Source: Patescibacteria group bacterium (GTDB lineage Bacteria > Patescibacteriota > Patescibacteriia > UBA9570). Taken from it: a stretch of DNA of 64,000 nucleotides. How positions within the stretch are numbered: position 1 is the stretch's first letter; each line of letters opens with the position of its first letter. The notes beneath the pieces are model-generated. The model saw nothing but the letters and a program-made list of their open reading frames with translations, searched no databases and was not told where the DNA came from. The position numbers were made by a program, and so were the translations under genes. This document shows positions 54,401 through 61,392 of the stretch, piece by piece. The DNA lies in assembly GCA_041660305.1 (NCBI GenBank), contig JBAZWO010000003.1, positions 72,705 through 136,704 on the forward strand, in the 5' to 3' direction.

Positions 54401-55250
54401 AGAAGAATTATTTGAGGCTCGACCAATTAAAAAAAGTGCTATTTTATGCCGTGTCACTGGTAAAATCGTTGAAATCGACGACACAGTTAAACAAAAAATC
54501 ATTAAAATAAGCGCTGTACAAAATATTACAGAAACCCATCGCGTTACTAGCACTACTAAAGTAAAAGTCAAAGATGGTCAAACAGTTAAGGCTGGCGAAG
54601 TCATTGCTGAAAAAGGTAGTAAAACACTCACCGCTCAAATCAGTGGCCAAGTAGTAGTAACAGAAAAAGAGTTACGAGTGAGTGGAGAACATGAACGGGT
54701 TGATGAATATCCGGTACCGATTGGCTACAGCATTTGGGTGAAAAAAGGTGAATTGGTAGCGGCTGGCCAACAATTAACCGAAGGTAATCTAGATCTGCGT
54801 GAATTGTTTGAATTACGCGGTCGTGAAGCAGTAGAACAATATATTCTTAAAGAAATTCAATATATCTATTCTTCGCAAGGACAAAAACTAAACGATAAAC
54901 ATGTGGAATGTATTGTACGCTCCATGTTCTCTCGTTATTTAGTCATTGAATCTGGTGATACTGAATTAGTAGCTGGCGACATGATTACCCGCGACCAGTT
55001 ATTAGAAGAACAGACTCAAGCCAAACAAGATAAAACTAAAGCCCCAACGGCTGAAAATATTTTACTTGGTATTACTAAAGCATCTTTATCTACCGACAGC
55101 TTCTTATCCGCCGCTTCTTTTCAAGAAACCGCTCGAGTATTAATTGATGCCGCTGTTACTGGTAAAGTAGATCATCTCCGTGGCTTAAAAGAGAACGTAA
55201 TTATTGGTAAATTAATCCCAGTAGGCACCGGTTATCATCCAAAACCATAA
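51402..55250 (+). CDS. rpoC: DNA-directed RNA polymerase subunit beta'
   Basis: Zinc-binding [23 protein letters not shown], catalytic [12 protein letters not shown], and trigger-loop/bridge regions. Confidence 0.97.
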   Translation: [1282 protein letters not shown]

Positions 55251-55277
55251 CCGATTTATTGCCAAAGCTTCTCTGTA

Positions 55278-55303
55278 AAAACCCCACACCCGCGGGGTTT
55301 TTA
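55278..55303 (+). terminator. Rho-independent terminator after rpoC
   Basis: AAAACCCC-acacccgc-GGGGTTTTT. Confidence 0.6.
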
Positions 55304-55326
55304 CGTATTTGTGGTAATATATATTC

Positions 55327-56784
55327 ATGCCAGAACATCAATTACGTTATCAATATAATCAACCCAATAAAACACCGGCTACTATTTTGTTAAAAAATAT
55401 CCCTTATATTATTACGGCTAATCAGCAAGATGTAGTTGAGGTACAAGAAAATAAATCCATTCTCATTGAACATAACCTGATTAAAAATGTTATGTCAGCT
55501 GGAGAAGAACATAATTTATCTACTCAAGTAGATTTAGTATATGATGCTGGATTACGCGGCGGCATTGTACTCACACCAGGCTTAATTAATGCCCATGCTC
55601 ATCCGCCAATGTATTTGTTGCGCTCCACTACATTGTTGCATAACGATCATGCCACTACTGAAGAATCCTTAGACATTGCTCGAGCTATCGAACAAACCAT
55701 GACTACTGAAGACCAAACTATTGCGGCACTAGGCGATTTTACGGAACAACAAAAAATGGGCACTACTACCATACTATCCCATTATCACACTCCGGCTGCC
55801 ACGCGAGCCGCCGCCAAACATGCTTACGTACGTTTGTTCGATGCGGTTAGCGTAGCCAGTAAAACCGATCCGACTGCTTCTATCGAACGAGCTATACACA
55901 CCTTAACTTTGAAAGATGATCTAATCTCTCCAGGCTTAACTATGCATACTCTAGCCCAAGCTAATAAAACCGATCTAAAATCCGTAAAACAATTAATGAA
56001 TAAATATCCACATGTACTACTTACTATACATTGTGGTGAAACTGAACAAGAAGTAACCGCTACCATTCAAAAACACGGCCAACGACCAATTACTGTATTA
56101 GAACAAGCCGGCTTATTAAATGATCATTTAATTATTTCTCATGCTGTTCATCTTACTGAAGACGAAATAAAATTATTAATCGAGCGCCGAGTTGGTATTG
56201 TGCATTTACCAACTTCAAATCGTATTCATCGTTCTGGGCAATTTCATTACGCTACTTTTTTTCAATATCATGGCCATCATCGCATTGCGTTAGGTACCGA
56301 TAGCGTTATTTCCAAAAGCCGTTTAGATATTGTGTCTGAAGCTTTGCAAAGCAAAATTATGCATCAAGATACCGCTTATCCAGTAAGTTACCAGCTCCTT
56401 TTTAAAATGATGACCAGTAACGGCGCACGTATTTTAGGCCAAGAGCAAACTTTAGGCCGTGTACTACCTGGTTATCAAGCTGATTTAGTCTTTTGGAAGT
56501 TAAAAAACCGAGATTTTATTCCATTTGATCCGGCTCACCCGGAAACATTGCTGGGTAATTTTATTACTCACGGCGGGGCGAACCCTCGTGATGTAATGGT
56601 AAACGGTAAATTTGTTATATCAGACCGGCACCATAATTTAATTGACGAAAGTCAGTTGTTATCAGATTTACAACAGCATCATGTAAAACTACAGGGGAGG
56701 ATTTTACCTTCCATCCCCAACCCTTCCCTCTCTCCGAGCCTACGGCTAGTAGAGCCGGAGGCCTCTAAAAAGGGAAGGGGGTAA
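55327..56784 (+). CDS. Amidohydrolase-family deaminase/chlorohydrolase-like protein
   Basis: GLINAHAHPPMY (HxH metal motif), IHCGET and LGTDS motifs. The last ~30 codons are encoded by the repeat element R2. Confidence 0.75.
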   Translation: MPEHQLRYQYNQPNKTPATILLKNIPYIITANQQDVVEVQENKSILIEHNLIKNVMSAGEEHNLSTQVDLVYDAGLRGGIVLTPGLINAHAHPPMYLLRSTTLLHNDHATTEESLDIARAIEQTMTTEDQTIAALGDFTEQQKMGTTTILSHYHTPAATRAAAKHAYVRLFDAVSVASKTDPTASIERAIHTLTLKDDLISPGLTMHTLAQANKTDLKSVKQLMNKYPHVLLTIHCGETEQEVTATIQKHGQRPITVLEQAGLLNDHLIISHAVHLTEDEIKLLIERRVGIVHLPTSNRIHRSGQFHYATFFQYHGHHRIALGTDSVISKSRLDIVSEALQSKIMHQDTAYPVSYQLLFKMMTSNGARILGQEQTLGRVLPGYQADLVFWKLKNRDFIPFDPAHPETLLGNFITHGGANPRDVMVNGKFVISDRHHNLIDESQLLSDLQQHHVKLQGRILPSIPNPSLSPSLRLVEPEASKKGRG

Positions 56785-56866
56785 TTGCATTCATTCCCTC
56801 CCTCCTTTGAGGAGGGAGGGCTAGGGAGAGAGGTAGGTATTAGGAGAGGGACTAGGGATGAGGTCC
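56715..56866. repeat. Polypyrimidine/polypurine hairpin element (family copy R2, compound)
   Basis: CCCTTCCC (56721-56728) pairs with GGGAAGGG (56772-56779). A second hairpin is CCCTCCCTCCT (56796-56806), 3-nt loop, AGGAGGGAGGG (56810-56820). The tail reads CTAGGGAGAGAGGTAGGTATTAGGAGAGGGACTAGGGATGAGG. Confidence 0.6.
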
Positions 56867-56873
56867 TGCGCTC

Positions 56874-57965
56874 TTAATTCAGCGTATAATTCGGCGCGTC
56901 GGACATATAAGCTAAGCTATGGGGATGGCTTTCTCGAATACCGGCGTTAGTAATACGTATAAACTGAGCGCGTTTTTGTAATTCGATAATATTTTCTGCC
57001 CCACAATAGCCCATGCCAGCTCGTAAGCCACCTAATAATTGATATACTACTTGATCTACTGAACCTTTATAACGAATTCTACCAACAATGCCTTCGGGCA
57101 CTAATTTTTTTGTTTCAGTAACTGATTCCTGCAAATATCTATCTTTACTACCACGTTGCATGGCTTCTAACGAGCCCATGCCACGATATACTTTGTATTT
57201 CTTTCCTTTTAATGTAATAACTTCGCCTGGTGCCTCATTAGTACCAGCTAAAGCTCCACCCATCATTACCACGCTAGCTCCGGCTGCTAATGCTTTTACA
57301 ATATCGCCAGAATAACGAATACCGCCATCGGCCACTATTGGCACATTATATTTTTTAGCCACTGCTGCACAATTCATAATAGCCGTTAATTGTGGCACGC
57401 CAATACCAGCTACAATTCTAGTGGTACAAATAGAACCAGGACCAATCCCTACCTTTACTGCATCTGCTCCCGCTTTAATTAAATCGAGTGTGGCTTCAGC
57501 TGTGGCCACATTACCACCAATTACTTCTAAATTTGGATAAGTAGCTTTTAAATAACGTACCATATCTAACACTCCAGCAGAATGACCGTGTGCACTATCT
57601 ACTACCAACACATCTACTCTAGCTTTTACTAAGCCCTCGGCGCGACGTTTGGCTTTATCGCCAACGCTTACTGCGGCCGCTACATTTAAACCAGCTTGTT
57701 TTACTTTACATACCGCTTTAAGCTGTTCAGTTTCGCTTAAATTTTTATGTACCACGCCTAACCCGCCTTCTTTGCCCATCGCTATCGCCATCGCTGCTTC
57801 AGTTACCGTATCCATTGGCGAAGACACTAATGGAATTTCCAATTCAAATTTTTTCGTTAAATTAGTAAACAAGCTTACATCCCGCGGCAACACTTCAGAT
57901 TTTTGTGGAATCAGTAAAACATCATCAAATGTTAAAGCTTCTGGAATGTCATTAATATTGTGCAT
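56874..57965 (-). CDS. guaB: IMP dehydrogenase lacking the CBS (Bateman) subdomain
   Basis: LTFDDVLLIPQKSEV..., PLVSSPMDTVTE, catalytic-loop GIGPGSICTTR, and GGIRYSGDIVKALAAGA. At 363 aa, VKQ runs straight into the barrel with no ~120-aa CBS insert. Confidence 0.8.
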   Translation of the reverse strand: MHNINDIPEALTFDDVLLIPQKSEVLPRDVSLFTNLTKKFELEIPLVSSPMDTVTEAAMAIAMGKEGGLGVVHKNLSETEQLKAVCKVKQAGLNVAAAVSVGDKAKRRAEGLVKARVDVLVVDSAHGHSAGVLDMVRYLKATYPNLEVIGGNVATAEATLDLIKAGADAVKVGIGPGSICTTRIVAGIGVPQLTAIMNCAAVAKKYNVPIVADGGIRYSGDIVKALAAGASVVMMGGALAGTNEAPGEVITLKGKKYKVYRGMGSLEAMQRGSKDRYLQESVTETKKLVPEGIVGRIRYKGSVDQVVYQLLGGLRAGMGYCGAENIIELQKRAQFIRITNAGIRESHPHSLAYMSDAPNYTLN

Positions 57966-58078
57966 ATATTAGAAAGAATTGTAGCATTAATAATGAATTA
58001 ACGCAACAATTTGTATTTTTCATCTAGGCATGAAATATTAAATTTGACAAAATTTTTACTCTACCCTATTATTGCTAA

Positions 58079-58135
58079 TAGATCCTCGGCCGAAGCTCGC
58101 GAAAGCGACTTCAACCTGGCGGAGGATTTTTTTAT
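58079..58135 (+). ncRNA. Candidate ~55-nt small RNA (promoter plus structured hairpin plus T-run)
   Basis: TTGACA 58044-58049, 17 nt, TATTAT 58067-58072. The outer stem is ATCCTC (58082-58087) with GAGGAT (58123-58128). It encloses GAAG-C-TCGC-GAAA-GCGA-CTTC (GNRA loop) and is followed by T7. No known family was recognised. Confidence 0.25.
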
Positions 58136-58647
58136 TCTGGAAATACCGACATAAAATACTTTTGATTTGTTTTTTTATTTTCCTTGATCTGAACATAAAA
58201 TATTAGACTATCCTTTGATCGTCCAGTAAAACGGTGTAATATCTCTTGTAATTGCATCGGGTTGTCAAACGATACCGGGTTATGCTTGGAATATTGTATT
58301 AAATCAATCGCACAAGCAAAAAATTGTAATCTTCGTTTACGCTCTTTAAACGATTTTTGAGCAAGATGCTGCCAAAAATAATCAAAAAATACTTTTTGCT
58401 TATTAAAATATACAGACCTAATATATGGTCTACGTTTAGTTTGGTGTTTAATGCGATGAAAAATAGTTAAAGCGTGCTGCTGTACCTCATAATAACTACT
58501 GCCCGCTAAGCGCTTAACTTGTGATTGATAAACAAAATCTTTTTTGTACATAAAACGCTCTCCATAATTTTGGTGAGCGCTCAATGCAATAAGAATAGCA
58601 AATATGGAGTGCTGTGACAATAGTGAATTCCTCAATCTATTTTCCAA
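58132..58647 (-). CDS. Hypothetical basic protein
   Basis: 171-aa ORF, Lys/Arg-rich. The start could instead be the internal MYKKDF. No family recognised. Confidence 0.4.
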   Translation of the reverse strand: MENRLRNSLLSQHSIFAILIALSAHQNYGERFMYKKDFVYQSQVKRLAGSSYYEVQQHALTIFHRIKHQTKRRPYIRSVYFNKQKVFFDYFWQHLAQKSFKERKRRLQFFACAIDLIQYSKHNPVSFDNPMQLQEILHRFTGRSKDSLIFYVQIKENKKTNQKYFMSVFPE

Positions 58648-58680
58648 CTTTATAATTTTCCCGCTCTGTTTTTAATTCTT

Positions 58681-59198
58681 TTATTTTTCAGGATGATAAG
58701 CATGATAGAATGCATCCACTAAATCGTTATCACTTTTTGTATACCCTTTTCGTAATTCTTCAGTTATTCTAAACCAAGTTTCTCTATCCGTAGACGAAGT
58801 ACTATCACGTTATCGCCATAGACCATCGGCAAGCACCTGTCTGCCGCGCATTCGTATTGTTTTATCAGCAACTGCCTGATATGGTAATTGATCTAAATGT
58901 AAATCTTGAACAGAGATCAACTCCGAAAAATTTTCCGGTGACTGACTGTCACGCTCAATACGTTCTCTAATACATTTTTTAGTACTCGCATCAGGATCTT
59001 CAATAATTGGTTGCTTGCAAAGCCTGTTCAACTGAAGCATATCTACGTTGCCCTCTCAATAAGCGTTCGGCTTCTGTAATTTCAACTGTCACCATACATA
59101 TCTTTAGCCCGTGCAGCATTCCAAATTTCGTATATGGAAACTTCTACAGAATCAGACAATGTTTCAAATGCATTAATTGGTTCTTTGTGTATTATCAT
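58681..59198 (-). pseudogene. Run of short same-strand ORF fragments in three frames (possible decayed gene or genes)
   Basis: Hand translation gives four fragments in shifting frames. They are MIIHKEPINAFETLSDSVEVSIYEIWNAARAKDMYGDS*, VTVEITEAERLLRGQRRYASVEQALQATNY*, the 76-aa track ORF at 58810-59040, and ...RETWFRITEELRKGYTKSDNDLVDAFYHAYHPEK*. Confidence 0.35.
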
Positions 59199-59354
59199 AT
59201 TTTGAATCAAACCACCGCCATCTATCCTAACAAGCCTATTTATAACAACAAATAAACCGCCGGTTTCATTAATTGCCTTACTAAACTAAAATAAGCTACA
59301 ATAACTAAAATTAAACCAGCAACTGCGGGACTTCGGCGGATAAATAGTACGTTG

Positions 59355-59427
59355 GCGATAGTAGTTCAGTTGGTAGAACGTCTGCTTCCCAAGCAGAAGG
59401 TCGCCGGTTCGAACCCGGTCTATCGCT
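59355..59427 (+). tRNA. tRNA-Gly (anticodon CCC)
   Basis: Cloverleaf folded by hand. Acceptor stem is GCGATAG/CTATCGC and D stem is GTTC/GAAC. Anticodon stem TCTGC/GCAGA carries loop TTCCCAA. T arm is GCCGG-TTCGAAC-CCGGT. The discriminator is T and no CCA is encoded. Confidence 0.9.
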
Positions 59428-59435
59428 CAAAATAG

Positions 59436-60353
59436 TTAGTTTTCTAAAAATTTCTGCACGTCCATGGCCGCTTTGCAGCCGGCGGCGGCGGCGGTAACGG
59501 CTTGGCGGTAGCGATAATCTTCTACGTCACCGGCAAAAAATACGCCGGGAATATTTGTAGTAGTTGCGCCTTGGGCTTTTATATAACCATTCGGCAATAG
59601 TTCGATTTGATCTTTAATAATAGCCGTGTTTGGAATATGGCCAATCGCTAAAAACGCACCGTCGGTTACTACAGCTTCGGTTTTATTTGTTTTAGTATCT
59701 TTAACTGTAATCGATTCTAATTTAGTAGAGCCATTAAAGTGCTCTATGCTTTTATTCCACAGCACTTTAATTTTGGGATTTTTCATCACTCGATCCACCA
59801 TGATTTTACTAGCTCGAAATATATCGCGCCGATGTATAATCGTAACGCTGTTACAAAACCTAGTTAAAAAATTGGCTTCTTCCATGGCCGAATCACCGCC
59901 GCCAATTACCACCACGTTTTTTCCACGAAAAAAGAAGCCATCACAGGTAGCGCAGGCCGAGATACCTTTGGCCCAAAATTCTTTTTCTCCAGGAGCACCA
60001 GTTACGCGCGAACTTTCACCGGTAGCTATAATAACTGTTTTACTGTGATATGGTTTCTCACCGCAATAAATAGTAAAGGGTTGTTTGGTTAAAACTGCTT
60101 GAGCGGCTGTACTCGATAAAATTTCCGCGCCAAACCGTTTAGCCTGTTTTTCCATATTCAGCATTAACTCATTGCCATCAATGCCGTTTTCATAGCCCGG
60201 CCAATTTTCAACAATGGTGGTAGTGGTAAGCTGACCGCCCGGCTGATTGCCTTTTATTACCAAGGTTTTTAAAAAAGCCCGGGCTGTATAAATAGCCGCC
60301 GTTAAACCAGCTGGGCCGGAACCTAAAATAATAGTGTCGTATATTGTATTCAT
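59436..60353 (-). CDS. trxB: Thioredoxin-disulfide reductase
   Basis: GSGPAGLTAAIYTARA (FAD), redox-active CATCDG, and GGGDSAMEEA (NADPH). Confidence 0.92.
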   Translation of the reverse strand: MNTIYDTIILGSGPAGLTAAIYTARAFLKTLVIKGNQPGGQLTTTTIVENWPGYENGIDGNELMLNMEKQAKRFGAEILSSTAAQAVLTKQPFTIYCGEKPYHSKTVIIATGESSRVTGAPGEKEFWAKGISACATCDGFFFRGKNVVVIGGGDSAMEEANFLTRFCNSVTIIHRRDIFRASKIMVDRVMKNPKIKVLWNKSIEHFNGSTKLESITVKDTKTNKTEAVVTDGAFLAIGHIPNTAIIKDQIELLPNGYIKAQGATTTNIPGVFFAGDVEDYRYRQAVTAAAAGCKAAMDVQKFLEN

Positions 60354-60373
60354 AAAAAATATGATACCAAAAA

Positions 60374-60412
60374 CCCCCTCTCCTGCATAGGAGAGGGGGC
60401 TGGGGGTGAGGT
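60374..60412 (-). terminator. Hairpin element (family copy R3) acting as the terminator of the DsbA-like gene
   Basis: CCCCCTCTCCT (60374-60384), gcat, AGGAGAGGGGG (60389-60399). On the minus strand the stem is followed by TTTTT. The flanking CTGGGGGTGAGGTA is shared with R1 and R2. Confidence 0.65.
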
Positions 60413-60413
60413 A

Positions 60414-61280
60414 TTATTTTACGTATTTATCCAAGAAACTAGATAAGCTAGGCGCAGCACCCTCTAGTGGGAAGGCTCCCGATGTCCAACGGCCTTGAGA
60501 TAAGGTTACTACCCATTCTAAAATATTTCCATCTTTATCTACAATGAAAGAATTTGGGGTACCAGTTACTCCATACTTATCACCTTCGGCCATATCAGCT
60601 TCTACTTTAGCTTTAGTTGTTTCACCACTTAAACAGGCATCGAATTTCGTACGATCTAATTTTAATTCGTCAGCAAAGGTGGTTAATTTGGCTGGATCTA
60701 AACTGTCATTAGAATTAGTAGCGGCATACACTTTGTCGATATAATCCCAAAATTTACCCTGCTCACCAGCGCATTCTGTGGCTATAGCTTCATTTTTAGC
60801 TTTACTATGCAAACTTTCTAAAGGAAAATTTTTATAAGCCCAGCGTACTTTACCATCGTATTTCTCAAGCATTTTCTGGAGTGTTTCATGATAGTTTTTA
60901 CAAAACGGGCATTCAGTATCAGAGAACTCTACCAATGTAATATCGCCAGTACCACGAATTTTGTAATCTTCTAAATTAATCTTGCCGGTTACTTTTGGCG
61001 GTTGCGAGTTAGTATTGGCATTAGCCGCTACAGCTGTGTTAGTGTTGGCTGTATTAGTATTAGTAGCCGCACTAGTTGTTGCTGTGCTTGTATTATCAGC
61101 GCTAGCATTAGTAATGGTTAAGCCTTTAGCCATCATTACTAATAATAATACAAAACCAGCGGCAAATACTACTCCAAGCGTAGTAACTACACCAGCAATA
61201 AACGCACTTATTGGTGGTAAGCCGCCTAGCATGTTGCCACAGCATTTGCCGGCGGCATGATTTGTTTCATTATGTTCCAT
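60414..61280 (-). CDS. Membrane-anchored DsbA-family thiol:disulfide oxidoreductase
   Basis: TM helix, Asn/Thr/Ala linker, then a thioredoxin fold with active site CPFC (VEFSDTECPFCKNYH). Confidence 0.75.
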   Translation of the reverse strand: MEHNETNHAAGKCCGNMLGGLPPISAFIAGVVTTLGVVFAAGFVLLLVMMAKGLTITNASADNTSTATTSAATNTNTANTNTAVAANANTNSQPPKVTGKINLEDYKIRGTGDITLVEFSDTECPFCKNYHETLQKMLEKYDGKVRWAYKNFPLESLHSKAKNEAIATECAGEQGKFWDYIDKVYAATNSNDSLDPAKLTTFADELKLDRTKFDACLSGETTKAKVEADMAEGDKYGVTGTPNSFIVDKDGNILEWVVTLSQGRWTSGAFPLEGAAPSLSSFLDKYVK

Positions 61281-61392
61281 AAGATAAATAAGATAATAAT
61301 AAATAAATATTTAGTGTAATCATTCTAGCACATTTGATAAGTAAAGGAAGAGGGTGGTATGATGAAGGTATTATTATTTAAATTATTAGTAT

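Noticed and set aside
59007-59255. 82-aa plus-strand ORF next to tRNA-Gly
   Set aside because: It is antisense to the chain of minus-strand ORF fragments, has no start context or recognisable motif, and lies in what looks like decaying sequence.
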